Shown here: positions 24,945 to 38,590 of the stretch, piece by piece
How the letters are laid out: every line of letters starts with the position of its first letter
Numbering within the stretch: the stretch's first letter is position 1
Source: Lama guanicoe
Taxonomy: Eukaryota
Direction: 5' to 3'
Length of the DNA: 62,000 nt
NCBI GenBank assembly: GCA_013239625.1
Contig: MU053823.1
Coordinates: 333,698-395,697 of the forward strand
Position numbers and translations under genes: made by a program
The notes under the pieces: model-generated
Told to the model about the DNA's origin: nothing
Seen by the model: only the letters and a program-made list of their open reading frames with translations
The model's database searches: none

Positions 24945-25965
24945 AGTTTTGGTTCAGATTAAGATTCAAGTTGTTCTTCTTTTTTCAGTTCTAAAGCATT
25001 GACATCTCCAAATACTAACCAAAATTTGTGATTAAGACAAAACTCTTAAAAAATTTAGAAACTCTAACCATATTAACTAATGTTGTGTAGTCTTATGCTC
25101 CAATCTATGTAAAACTGTATTCAGCATTAGGATAAACAATTTTTTTTAAGAGAAGGTGACTTCTTTTTATATCATTAAAAAAAAGAAAATCCACGATGTA
25201 TTTAGACCATGATACTATTACTCTTGCTTCATGTTACCACAGATCCTTTATTCCAAGTACACACAATCGTTTCACTTAACCATCACTTTCCCCTTTGTTA
25301 GCCTAAAAATCTGCAAGAAAAAAATTTTTTTCAGAACAATAGAGAGCTGTTTTATCTCTGTTGTAGATTAATTCATTTTCCAGAATAGAAATGAAAGGTA
25401 TGCTAGAGGAGAGGAGTATAATGGATCTAAGAAATCCATTCCTCTTGACCAGAAACTGCAAAGAATCTGAAGGCCTTTGCATCTTCTCTTACCAAGGGAT
25501 ACTTTTTATTACCAAATGCTGTAAATGATGTCCTCATTAATTACACATACAAATCATCTGAAATGGGCTACCCACGGCTGGCCTCAGTATCCTAACCACA
25601 AGCACAAACAGTGACAACTTTCTCTGTAACATCACAGCACTCTCACTGCAGAGCACTTCACTTGTTCAGTGACTACAGCAGATTCTGAAGGATGCATAAC
25701 ATATACTGCAAAGAGCACTACACTGACATTTAGGACGCTTGGGCCGTAGTCCTGGCTCTATAATCTTGGTTAAGTTACTAACTTCTTGGAACTTTAGTTT
25801 CCTTACTAGCAAATTCAAGATTATAGTATATGACCTCTAAGTTTTCCACTTTAAAAATTCTAAATTTTTATGGCAGGCCTCTATCGGCCAGTAGCTCAAT
25901 CTGTTACTACAGATATTAATATATAAATCTCTGCATATAATATATAAATCAGTCAGGGCTCCTTT

Positions 25966-26062
25966 TCTTTTTTTATTGAAGTATAATTGATATACAATGT
26001 TGTGTTAGTTTTTGGTGTACAGCACACTGATTCAGTTATACATATATATTCTTTTTCATAAG
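25966..26062 (-). mobile_element. short L1 3' end
   Basis: ttttattgaagtataattgatatacaatgttgtgttagtttttggtgtacagc; flanked by gggctccttttcttt / ggactccttttcttt. Confidence 0.8.
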
Positions 26063-26259
26063 GACTCCTTTTCTTTAAATAATGACTTCTCTTCTAGATA
26101 CCCTGTTTCAATCATCTATAAAACTTAAAAACATTATTTGTGTGCTACACAATAAATACTAATGAATATATTGATAAAAATATTTCTAAAATGTTCACAT
26201 CTATATCCTAGAAAAAAGTTACTTTTAAGTTTCATTTGAAAGACTAAAAAAATTGATTT

Positions 26260-26538
26260 TTCTCTCCAGTTATTAAAAAGTCATAGGGAGACATATGTAC
26301 AGCATGGTGACTATAGTTAAAAATACTGTATCGCATACTCAAAAGGTGCTGGGAGTAGATCTTAAAAGTCCCCATCACAAGAAAATTAATTTTTTCATAA
26401 GTATGTATGGTGACAGATAACTAGATAGGTAACTAGTGTGGTGATCATTTTGTAATGTATACAAATATTAAATTATTACGTTGTACACATGAAACTAGTA
26501 TAATGTCACATGTCAATTATTGTTCAATTAAAAAAAAC
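26260..26538 (+). mobile_element. L1MA9/10-like 3' end
   Basis: atgtacagcatggtgactatagttaa...gagtagatcttaaaag...tgtcaattattgttcaatt + A-tail. Confidence 0.8.
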
Positions 26539-27511
26539 TGATTTTCTCAAGTAAATGTCTATAAAATACTGATTTTGCTCACTTTCTGTTTTCATAGATA
26601 CTTTAAAAATCAGTCATTTTGATGTTAAAATTCTACGTAAGATTAAGAACCATATATGACTTTCTTTCTGTCCACGTAATCTTAAATAGCTTGGCTGCCA
26701 GGAACAAGACACTACAGACATCCGGACGGGTGCACTTTTCCTTTTCTAAATAAATCTTTTAAAATCTTTCACTGCACAACAGAAAAAGATACTACAGTTA
26801 AACAAGTAGTTGAGTGATTAAACAGGTCGACATCTTATTATAAATTTAAGAATTGAAAATTATGTTCTTTAATTCTGGGGACTTCAAATACCATTTAATT
26901 CTTTCTATTCAGCCTCATCAAATTCTAGGATGTAGAGAATCACAATACTGGAACTCTGATTCACATGTCTGATGGTAATTGTCAACGCAAAGGAAATAAA
27001 TCTAGTTACTCCAGCAGATACAGACATGCAGGACACAAATGAAAAAGGGGAGACAAACACAGAGAGAAAAACCGGTAGGCAGAGATGAAAAACGGCAACA
27101 CTGGAAAAGTAAAATCCAGAAGACCTGAGTAAGAAAGAGAAGCATACAGAAAGACTCAGATGGGAGAGAAAAACCAAGACAGGGAAGCAGAAGCACAACC
27201 AAGAAAAAGATAGGCAGGGCAGAGACAAAGCAGCAAGAGAATGGTGAACAGTGAACATGCAGAATGGAACTGATGGGTAGATACAGTGAAAGGAAATGGG
27301 ACCAGACAGGAGATAGCCAAATGAAGAACAGATAATTTTTATCCCATAATTGTCAAATTACATACTTCTGTAGTTATTTCTCCAATGCTCCCACTAAAAA
27401 GGGAACAGACTTTTATATTTACAGAATGATTAACAATGCACATTTATCTTGCAAATTTTTAAAAAATCACATTTACTTTGATAGTACAATTTTGCCATCA
27501 TGAAGGTCCAC

Positions 27512-27640
27512 GTACTGGATGTGTTAACTTGATGGGGGAATTCTTTCATTATGCATATATATGTCAAATCATCACATTGTACACTCTGAATTTCTTACAA
27601 TTTTATCTGTCTATTATACCTCAGTAAACCTGGGGGAAAA
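27512..27640 (+). mobile_element. short L1 3' end
   Basis: caaatcatcacattgtacactctgaa...tatacctcagtaaacctggggg; imperfect TSD aaggtccacgta / aaggttcacata. Confidence 0.7.
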
Positions 27641-28559
27641 GGTTCACATATATCAATATACTGGGGAGAAAAACCTAATTTTACATATTTCTATTTTTTT
27701 TCCCAAAGTAAATAATGATCGTACCCTAGTTAGGATAAATTCATCCTGCATCAAGGACTCACAGGCACTCATGATTTTACACGACTTGTGGAACAATGGG
27801 ATCAGACTGAAAACATATTATTGAAATTAACTTACCATTAGAATCAAGATCCACGAATCTTAGTCCTGTTTCCATTTTTCGCCCCTTTTGCTTGACGTAG
27901 TATGTCATGCTGTCTCTTCTCCTATGCAGATTTTGTTAATAGCCATTAGTCTGAAGAATTCCTTCTTCTGCAGCCACCTACCAGTTTATTTCTCTGCTGC
28001 AGCAGAAGGGTATATAGAAAAAGTTCTTGCTTACTATTCATATTAAACAGAAAAATTCCTTTAACATTTCATAGTTTCACTTACACATGAACTTGCTCCG
28101 TTTCCCCAAAACCTCCCCGCCAGAAGTTAAAACAATGAAAATCCCAATCACAGAAAATCAAAACACGTATGGATCAATGTTCATGCTAAGCTGGGAGCAG
28201 GGGTAGGGGTGAGGGGAGTGGAAAGATTTAGACATTCAGCAGTTGCCATCTCAAGGAGCCATTTCTTTTCTGTTACACTTCCCTTCTTCACTTATCTCTA
28301 CAATCTTATGAATAAATGGGTAACAAAAATCTTGACTAGGTAGTCTCCAACTCCTGCAAATTTTAAGTTCAGAGACTACCAAAAGACTTGTGGAAGATGC
28401 AGGAATAAAGTTTTTCAAAGTAATTCTAGAAACTAAGGGTTAGGTGCTTTACCTGCTTGAGTTTTCAATGTTCTGGACTGCTTACTGACCAATGGCTCTG
28501 AATACATTAAAACACGAACACATACGCCACCTACATTTAAAATAGGGTAGCATTTGTAT

Positions 28560-31500
28560 GCCCATATAAACACTGGGTATTTTATTTTGCAAAAGAGTTA
28601 ATAAATTCATTAAGTCCTTTTTAAAGGACTCACTACAAACTCACATTTCCTTAAACTGTATACATACACAGAAGAATTAGGGCGAAAAGGGGAGACAGAG
28701 TGACAAACACAACAGCTGTTGCAGAACTGTAAATTACCACCACACAAATGTTTTCTGTTTGTTAACATCCTGAGATTCATTTCTATTCCCATTCTCTTTA
28801 TTATTGGGGTCTAGGTTTCAAACTTATTCTGTATTAGCTACTAAAGAACAATATCCAATAATGAGCTAGCAATAATAATGAACTAGCAGTAAATGGCTTG
28901 TTTTTGTTCCACCCTCCCACTACCTTTACCCCCCAAAAATTTTTTGCCAACTTAAAAAATAAAACAAACACTGACATAAGCACCAAAGGCTAGTCAACAG
29001 TGGCACTGCAGTGACATTGGTTCTACTTTCTCATTCCTTCCCCCAATCTCAAACCCCACCCTTTGACCTCTGTATATGGGATGAGCCTGAGCAGGAGAGT
29101 TGGTGATGTCAGGACTGCGCCGTTCCCACGGATGCTCCTAGAGGCCTGCTGTGCTTCTGGGAACTGGGGCACAGGGATGGCTGTCTGACTGAAACCTAAA
29201 ACAACAACAATTCACCCCACCCCTCATGTTCCCAAATCCCACAACAGCAGCCAGGCATATACGCTTTATAAGGCCCATCTAATATAGTTTGAATATGGTG
29301 AAATCTGAAAGCAAGATCATTCTTAACATGTCAGCGATCTTCCTGGGGGCAGCAGAATGGAGGTTGATAAATCCTCCACGTCCCATGCAACCATATAGTG
29401 TGCACATCTAACGTGAGCCATTCTTATCAGCAAGAGAACAAGGTCCTTCCGTATAAGCCTATTTAGTATACATCATAAATTATTGCAGGAGTCGAGCCAG
29501 GATTTGTTAGTAAATGTCATTTCAAGAGATAAGTATTTTTACCTTGAGATGCTTAGGCGCACCCCTACCTCTTATAAGTGAACTGAAGCACAAAACGGGT
29601 TAATGATTTATTTTATGCCTTCAACTACAGAAAGAGCATTACAAGCCAGGATTTCCTATTCACTATTTAGTGGTTTGTTGGACTTACAGCCTCCTTAAAT
29701 AGGACCAAAGAGAAGTATATATTGAAAAGGTCCTGACTATTGTCACTAAAACTCTACCTGAAAGAGGATTTTCTCCCAACATTATAACAACTCACATTAG
29801 GGCTAAAATTTTAGGAAGGATAGGAAAAAGGAGGAAAAAGATAGGTGGACTGGGGTAGACAGAGATGGGGATAGTATATTTAACTAACAGGAATGCCATT
29901 AAAAAGGGTAAATTGTAGTCCTAGTCCTGCCATTAACTCTGTTTTATGGCCTTGAATAATCCGCTTCTTGATCTTCATTGAAACGCTCTCCAATCTACTC
30001 AAACTTGTAACTTTTGAAATGTTTAAGCCATTATTTTATGGTAATCTCAAGCTGCTGGTTATCTACCTCTTTGTCAGAACTAGTGACTCAGAAATGCTAA
30101 AATGATTGTTCCTGAAATCTCCTAAAATAACCAAAATGTTTTCTATTAGTCTCCTCATTCCCTTTCACTTTTACAACGAAGTCACAGAAAGAAAAGTACT
30201 AAGTTCAACCGAAGACTGTGGTGAGTTTTTAACCATTTATATATCCTAGAACCTAATTTTACCTTTTCAAAACTAGTTTTCCATACCTGTCAACTCCTAA
30301 TTGATGTCTTTATACTGTGAGCTCACTGTGTATTCGGAACACCAACCCCTGAAAAAGCTTAAGCCAGAGTAGCACAATGGAAGAAACAAACAAACCCAAA
30401 ACAAAAACAAAGCCAAAAAAGTCACACTCTGAAATACTTCATTATAGACATATATGCAAGGAATGGAGATATCTAAATGGCAAAAGCAAAGCCCCAAAGA
30501 CAGTGCTGAGTTTATCCCAACCAATTCAAACTTTACCCCCAAAGGTTCTTTTACAATCAAATTATTTGCTAGATATATTTATACATTATTTTTTGAAATG
30601 AAAGTTATTACAAACCTATGAGTGCCTTCAAAGTACATAAAGAAAGGAAATTTTAAAACGAAAGTAAAGTTAGCCTTGTGATGAAAAAAAGGAGAAAGAA
30701 TCAAATTACCTGCCAGCAGGCTGGGGCTGTGCCTGAATCCAAACCGCTGCATTTACCATTCATTCTACAGCTGCATTATTGGGGGAAGGGGAGTTTAGAA
30801 GGGCACTGACCCCGAAAGTTCTCAATACTTCTCACTCATCATCAGGAAGGGGGAAGAAGGAAAGTTTTTTCTCTGGGTATTTTTTTGTTTGTTTGTTTTT
30901 GTTTTTTTGGCTCCTGAAAAGGCTGGCAAAGAACAGTAACAGTGGAAGCAGTTAGAATATTTCTTAATAAACAATTAAAAAATGCAAAACATTAAGGAAT
31001 TTAAAACACCACATTTTCGTTAATATAGAAAGAATTTTCACTAGAGTTAGGCAGCCACCCCAAAACAGCATGGCAAAAGGGCACTGGTATAAAGGAAATA
31101 AAATACCACACAAAAATCCAAAACAAAACTAAAAACATTTCAAATTAAACCTGGAAGACTAGAAGATTCCAACAGCAGATTTCTGTCCACTACTGAAACA
31201 TTCCAAAATCCAAGCTTCAAAGGGCGCCTAAATGTATCTTAAATGAAACTTTGTTTTGTTTTGTTTTTTAAGAAAAAAAAAAAGAAAGAAAGCAGTGAAC
31301 CTGGTTATAAATCCTGCAATATATTACATTAAAAATATCCTAGTACAACAAAAACAAATTTTAAAAGAAATTAAACAAACAAACAAACAAATAAATAAAA
31401 ACAGTAGCAGCAGAGGTTACCTGTCTGAGCACCTACATTTTCTTAGGAGGGGATCGTGTCTCACCAGCCATATAGCCCATAAACCTTCTCAAAAAGAGTG

Positions 31501-34500
31501 AGCCAGGAGAAAAATGTAACACAAGATTTGATTTCACAATGTCTCTAAGCTCCCCAAACCCCAAACCGGGGATTCACTGAATGAAGAGAATTTCTTTTTC
31601 CATCATTTTCTTCTCGAGAAAAAGAAGAGATGATCTTGGAAGTCAATTACTTCTTTCAATGCCTTCAATACCTTCTCAAAAGTCTGATAAAGTGCTTGAT
31701 GAAACCAAGTCTCTTGATGGATTTTTCTAATGTTCCAGGGTATTTTCTTATTTGATAGCATATACAGAAATATTTCAAAGTTCAGTGGAGTTAAAGCCAG
31801 CAGAAATGATCAATCAAAAGAAAATAACTATTAAAAATTTTAAATGGAATAGTTCATATTTGTGTGTGTGTGTATATATAGTCCACTTTTCATCATGGGT
31901 GACATAAAAACAATATCAGAAAGAATTACTTTTAAATACAATTCAGAATTACAATTTTAACAATACACAATAGTGTTACAATATTTCAAATTTTGGCATG
32001 ATAATGCTTATACATATTTGATAAACACATATTTTTACCTCTCATAATAGCAATAAAGATTATCCAAAAGTTATTCAACAATATGTAAATATATTTTAAC
32101 TTTCACTTAAATATATGGGCTGTTTTATTTGGGTTCTTCCAGTGTGATCTGTTCATATCCTTTACCTTTCTTTTTGTGGTAATTCAAGAGGATATTCGTG
32201 TTTTTAAAGTCTAAGATAATCATTCCTGATCTTTTCACGTTAACATATGAGTGTATGATCCATAAATAGGTTGGTAAGGCTATGTTTTAATATAATGTGA
32301 ATTCCTAGGATGGATAGCGAGTAAAACTAAAGGCAAAATAATCTCAGATATTTCTTATGATGTAGTTGGTTATTTTGATAACATTTTTTTAAAGGCCACC
32401 TACATATTTCCTGGTGTCTTATCCCACCCAACACAAACCTTGAATTTTTCATCAGGTAGAGAGGGTGTTTTTCTATTTGTGTTTCCAAATTCATTACTCT
32501 AAATACATGTGATATGTAACTACTCCAAGTGTATGTATCATAATCTATGTGGCAACCAGATGGTCTCTACACACATATGAATGATTTAATCAAGTGGTTC
32601 TTTCTTCCTTGTTTATTTCTCTATCCCAAATAGTGTGCATCTTCCAAAGTATGGTCATTCAGTGACAGAAGTACCAAGTGAGTCAGAGGTACTCACATAG
32701 TCCACAGTATGTCCCACAGTAACCCTGACAGGTCAAATTCTTTTAGATGAAATTAGAATATCCTAAAATAAATTAGAAACTCCTGTATCTGTTTCTAAGG
32801 TGAAATGAGACACTGCACAGATTAGAGGTACTATTCTATTTGTCAACAATCAACCTTTCACTCAATTTTAATATTATTTAATTCTACGAAAAAAACAAAT
32901 TTTATTACATTCCTTTTTTAAAACGGGGGGGGGACTGTACAAGTAAGCATGATCAAACCTCTGTTAGAGCTGGTTAATACTGATCTTTTAATTATTGCCT
33001 CGAAGTCTCTCTAGTAGTGTCCAAGAAATTATGTAAAGGTCCATCTGAAGGAAAAAAAGCACTGGAGAGGCAAGAAAGGACTCGGGTAAAAGCTTCAGAG
33101 GATTGAAGGGAGATGGAACTTGCTGTTTAAAAAAATTACGTTGAGCTCTGGAGCATCTCCACTTCTCAACACACCTTCCAAACCATTCATTGGGATAGTT
33201 TTACCCACATTTAAAGGCTCATATTATATGCAGTTTGGGGGCTTTTATAAATTCAGAAATAAAGAAATATAAAGAGTGGAGAGTATTGAAGGCTTCAGAG
33301 TAGGGCTATAAGAGACTCAGTACTACTAAATAAGTCCCCAAACAAAAATGTTCAGTCCACCCTACCCCAAAACCTATGTGTAATAGGAAAAAATACACAG
33401 CAAGAAGCACTGAAGAAAAAAGCATGTAGCCTTAAATAAATCATACACCGAACAGTCTAGAACAAAATGAAAAAGCCAAACAACATACATATACAAAAAA
33501 GCTAAGAAGCATCTATTCTCCTTATGCCTTTGGGTGAGTATCTCTACCCCGAGGAGTATAATTATGAAAACAACTCATCTGTTTTGTTTTGTTTCATTTT
33601 TTTAAGTAAAAAACTGTTTCCCATCATGCTCCATTTTCTAGAATCTACACTTTCTGATTGGTTGGTGTAAACAAAAAGCAAAACACATAAACATGCATGC
33701 ATGCACGCGCACACACACACACACACATATATACCCCCTCCTAAAATGTGAGAAATGCAAATATATAATGCTGGTATCAGAAATCACTTCAGCTTTATAC
33801 TTAGGAACTTATAGGCCCTTGATTTGCCCCCCAAAAATATTTTCCCTTGTCCTTATTCTTTAAATGTCCAAACACCAAAAGAAAAAAGGAAAAAATAAAA
33901 GGCTTTAAATGCACATGTTTCACGTCAGTGTCTTGTTAACAAAAAAGGTAGCATTTTCTTCACTTTGGCCATTGTTAAAGATGCAAGCATAGATCGGGGA
34001 ATGTAAAGACTAGCATGTATTAAAAAAAAAATTCAACATTAACAGAGCATATATCTTTCAAAAAAGACTAAAACACTAACAAATACAAGTCAATGCACAT
34101 ATTTTAAACTAGTGTAATTTTATCTACAATGGAGTAAATGTTATTTTGTGTGCCAGACATTGCAATACTGTTCATTTCCCTTTAATCATGCAAACATGCC
34201 AATTTTGTCATTTAAAAAAAAAACTTTACTGGGTCATTCAAGTTGCCCTCCCACACAAATGAAGAAAAAAAAAAATCAAAAGAGCCCCTCAAGACTTCCT
34301 TAACTATGAACATAAAGCTGATAGAGTATAGGCAGAATTTTCAGATTTGTATAAAAAATTGTAATTTAGGTAGATGTATTCCTTATCCATTACAACACAA
34401 TGTGAAGTTTTGCTACTCTGAAATTTGTACCTGCTGTACAAAAACAAAAGCAAGGGACCATGAAAAAATTATGTTCTCCATGGTCTGCGAGCCTACACAT

Positions 34501-34800
34501 TTTGAGTAATTTAAAAGGGTGACTCCGAGAGCCTGACATTTTCCTGTATCTCACCTCTTCTGCCTCTCTGTTTGCAGGATCTGGAAAGGAAAGTCAGCAA
34601 TATCTTAATGGCAGAGGTTTCGTCTATCTCCCCTTTCTTTTCTCCTAACTAATTCTACTCAATTTTCTCTCATCTTCCTGAGCATCTTCCATGAACAGCA
34701 TTGCAAGTTGGTTTAAAAAAAAAAAAGAAAGAAAGAAAAATAGAAAGAAGAAAAAGAAAGTTTTACAAGGATTTTGTTGGTTAATTATTTACCGGTGGAG
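28560..34800 (-). other. RIMKLB: RIMKLB long 3'UTR / 3' region (distal end uncertain)
   Basis: AT-rich and nearly free of recognisable interspersed repeats downstream of the stop. Candidate minus-strand AATAAA at 32901-32906 and 28581-28586; the true cleavage site cannot be fixed from sequence. Confidence 0.55.
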
Positions 34801-35264
34801 TCATTCCACCAGGAGTTTGATTTCATTGGCTAGCAGTTGGTTCATGTTGAATAGGCCCCCTGGGAGCTTGGTGAGCAGCTCTCGCTCCGTGGTTTCAGGG
34901 TCGCTGTCGACAGAGCTGGAACTTGCGCTCATGTTGTCGACAGCAGTGCTGGCTGGGGGACCCAGCTCCGGCTCACTAGTCTCACTGGCCGTGGACACCA
35001 CGGAGAGCAGGGACATACGCCGGGTGAGCCGGCCAGAGGGCAGAAGGGAGGCGGCATAATCCGCTATGATACCAGCTACATCTAGATTACAAGCCTTATC
35101 AAAGGCGATGAAACCTACATTTGCATTGGCCTCGCAGACACAGAAGGAGCCGTCATCTTTCATCAACAGGTCAATGCCACATACATCCATTCCCAGGATA
35201 TTAGACACCTGGATAGCTAGCTGCTTCCCTTGTTCACTCAATGAGCACATCATCCCCACACCAC
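34801..35264 (-). CDS. RIMKLB: RIMKLB last coding exon (464 coding nt including TGA)
   Basis: Acceptor ttccag|GT; translates [18 protein letters not shown]...GIDLL...CEANANVG...NEIKLLVE*, with the E-x-N metal-binding motif. Exon sum 175+231+87+204+464 = 1161 nt = 386 aa + stop. Confidence 0.97.
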
Positions 35265-36217
35265 CTGGAAAAAGAGAAACAAGGTAAGAAGCTACCAAAA
35301 TGATTAATTATTGGAGTAGCACTAGGCTGGCCTTTAAGGCTAACCTCTTCTAAACAGTAGCAAAAACAAAGGTGCTATTCTAGTGTCACTGGGACTCTGA
35401 AGTCCAAGCTTCCTTCATTAGGGAATCCCCTTCCAACTAGTCTCTCAACAAATTGATGACTGTACTTTTTCAATATGCTTTTTTTCCTGAAGATATTAAA
35501 GCTTTCACTGAATTCTATACTACATACATGCAGCAACATGGAATCTTTGTATAAATACAGTTAAACCACTTAATTTTGTTGTTGTTTTTATCAGTTTATC
35601 AGTATTTTGACTTGTAAAAACAACAGAGATGCATAATAGGGATAGAGGATAGACTCTAGAGAAAGGGTGACCTGAACATGGTTCCCTTCCTCTACAGTCC
35701 TTATTCTAATCTATTTGCCATTCCTCAGCGAAAAGGAATCTGGGGCTTAAGGTAGCTGGCTGCATGTAGGTGAGATCTTGCATTTTACTGGTATCTGAGA
35801 GAAAAGAATCAGAACTAGATTTTCTCATTTGGAGACCAGCTTCAGGAAGCTCCAGACAAGGACTAGAAAGCAAAGCATTTTGACAAAACTTTGACTTAAA
35901 GAGCTCTGTGTATACACAGGAGGAAAGCTGACATCAGTACTCTGTGAGTATGCCTGACCTCAGAGAGGCCAAAAAGTAAATGCACAGAAGAGTAGGGTAG
36001 GGGAGTCCAGGAAACAGGAAGGTGTCTTTTAACTACCTTAGTAGGGAACTGGCACACTAGTCAATGAATTAAATGACTCTGCTTCTCAGCATCTGAAGGA
36101 CTGAGGACTTCTGGAATGCTCCAAATGATCAGAGCAGACTTCTGACATAATGTGACAATAGGGACAAAATAATAGCCACCTACAACTTGAATAAAAGAAG
36201 TAAGCTCAAGACTTTCT

Positions 36218-36366
36218 TCTTTTTTTTTAATTTCTGAGTTTTTTAAAAATTTGGGGGGGTGGGTAAATTAGGTTTACTTATTTATTTTTTAATAATAAAT
36301 GCTTATTGAACCCAGGACCTCGTGCATGGTACACACACACTCTACCACTGAGCTATACCCTCCCCA
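36218..36366 (-). mobile_element. tRNA-derived SINE (Vic-1-like), RIMKLB intron 5
   Basis: attgaacccaggacctcgtgcatg...tctaccactgagctataccctcccc; TSD agactttct at 36209-36217 and 36369-36377. Confidence 0.9.
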
Positions 36367-37269
36367 CCAGACTTTCTGAAGCTAAAACAAAACTATGATT
36401 ATCTAACTAAAACTTCAAGAGAGGAACTGAAGGAGAATTTATTACTACTGGGAGTCTAACTTTTAACTTAGAAAATCTAGCGTAAGACATATTTCAAAGC
36501 ATATACAAAAAATTGGAGGTGAAATCACAAAAGAAAGATTTAAAAAACTGGATAACTGAATCAGAAAAACTCCTCCCCCAGAAGGAGAGAAATAGAGAGG
36601 CATTAATTAAAGAAAAAATCTTCCTGAAGCTTAGAAAAACTGAGTCTGATAGACACAACTTGATAAAATCCAGGTTGGACAGACTAAGAAAAGACAAATA
36701 TGTAAAAATACCCTGACAAAATAGTTGAGGTCTTAAAATAAAACAACCAAAAAAGGAGAACAAAACAAAAAACAAACTTACGAAGAATAAATTACCTGCA
36801 CCGCCCCCCTTCCCAAAAAAAAATCAGAGTAGGTTTGGGCATTCAATTACAAAAGTGTAAACTATAAGGCAGTAGAATTGAAGCAAGACTCATGATTTAA
36901 AAACCCTATCTCAGCCAACATATTCTCCTTTGAGAAAGAAAGCAAGCTATGAGACGTCTATCACTCACATACACTATCCAGGGAAAATAATCAACGAAAG
37001 ATATTAACATAAAAGCAAATGACTGAGAATAGAAAACTCAAGATAGGGGAAGATACAGATGGGGAGTAAACAGTGATGAGTAATGATTCTGGCAATACAG
37101 GTATAATTAACTCTCAAAAGATGAAGACTGCCTGGGAGTGGATAATGTAAGTGCTACATAAAGATTTCTGAAACAGAAGAGACATATAATACAACAAATT
37201 CTAATACAGACTTAAACTAAAACGATTAAATGGTTTCAGCAAAACAATGGAATGTAAAGCCACACACAG

Positions 37270-38010
37270 CAATTTTTGTCTGCACTGTTTGATGTTATAT
37301 ACAAAATACTGCTAGAATTGTACTCGACACTTGGAGGTACTCAAAAATATTTGTTCAATAAATGAATGAATCAAAAGGGAGGAGTAAGAAGGAAAGTTAA
37401 ACTGTTGTAATCCTCTCATTGGAGGAAAGGGAACAGAGGTCATGCATTTTGAGAGTAGAGATGTTGAGGTGTTTTAAAGAGTTTGGATATGAGGTGTTAG
37501 ACTAGAGAGGGGATCAAGGGTGACTCCAAGGATTTTGGTCTAAACTAGAAAGTTTCTCTCTAAACAATAAAGAGAAAATTGGGTATAATACTTGGGAGGG
37601 GAGTTAGATGAGGAGTTCAGTTTTAGATATGTTAAGATTAAAATGTCTAACAGACAACTACTTGGAGATATTGAAAGGAAGTGATTTATGTGAGCTTGGT
37701 GTTTAGAAAGCAAGCCTAAGGGGGTGGGTATAGCTCTAGTGGTAGAGCACATGCTTAGCACGCACAAGGTCCTAGGTTCGATCCCCAGAACTTCCTCTAA
37801 AAATAAATGAACAAACCTAATTACCCACCCCCAAAAAACAAAAAAACAAAAAGGAAGCAAGCCTAAATTCTAGCCTTTGAAAATAACAACATATAGATGG
37901 CATTTAAACCCAGGAACTAGATAAGATTACTTTTCAAGAAAGTGAAGTAAACAGAGAAGAAAAAACCCACACCAAGCTCTGAGGCACTTCAACAGTAAGA
38001 GAGCTCAGAA
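37270..38010. mobile_element. L2 fragments (a 3' tail on + and a longer antisense piece), interrupted by a SINE
   Basis: aaatatttgttcaataaatgaatgaat; atcaagggtgactccaaggattttggtct...gagttcagttttagatatgttaag. Confidence 0.7.
37720..37854 (+). mobile_element. tRNA-derived SINE (Vic-1-like), RIMKLB intron 5, inside an L2
   Basis: gggtatagctctagtggtagagcacatgcttagcacgcacaaggtcctaggttcgatcccc; exact 12-bp TSD aagcaagcctaa at 37708-37719 and 37855-37866. Confidence 0.93.
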
Positions 38011-38386
38011 GACATATATTTAAGCAAATCAAAATCAGTAATGCTCTTTGGACCAATGGGTAGAATGGGTTAGGACACAGCTTAAATGAACTCCAATTAT
38101 ACACAAAATAATATATTACCAAAGAGGGAATCTGGTAGACATTTCACACATGTGTGAACTGGGGTACAAACTGAGCCTGGGTGAAAGCTAATTTAGGTTC
38201 CAGAGAAATCCAACCTCATTGCTAGAAAAACAACTCTAGTTTATTTATCATATTCGTGGGAAGTCTATTAATCATATTTACATGTGAAAGATGTTTTTCA
38301 ACATATGAAGTAAAAGGTGAGTTATATACGAATATTCACTGAATAACCCTTAGTATATCCTAGACAGACAGCTGCATTGCTCTTAC

Positions 38387-38590
38387 CTAGTGAGCAGTTG
38401 CTTTGCATCCTCCCATCTGTTGAACAGCGTAACATGGTGCCAACCACACGGCCTCCCACAACAATGACACGTACATCCCTTCCATGAGACTCTTTAACAT
38501 ACTTCTGGAACAGGTATGGGGCTTCATGGCGAATAAGATGGCTTAGATCAGCCAAATGGTGCTTATCTCGAGCCAGGAAAACGGCTTTGC
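38387..38590 (-). CDS. RIMKLB: RIMKLB exon 5 (204 nt)
   Basis: Acceptor cacag|GC AAA; translates (G)[67 protein letters not shown](G); donor CTAG|gtaaga; QKYV and DVRV ATP-grasp motifs. Confidence 0.97.

Noticed and set aside
26905..27258. 117-aa hydrophobic ORF resembling a membrane protein
   Set aside because: Artefact of translating a pyrimidine-rich low-complexity strand; no homology recognised.
34691..35287. Plus-strand ORFs of 122 and 73 aa
   Set aside because: Antisense shadows of RIMKLB exon 6; the Lys run comes from an A-rich tract of the 3'UTR.
37720..37800. tRNA gene (A box, B box ggttcgatccc), likewise at 56208 and 58994
   Set aside because: These are SINE heads followed by a family-specific tail, an A-rich end and TSDs; no intact cloverleaf is evident.
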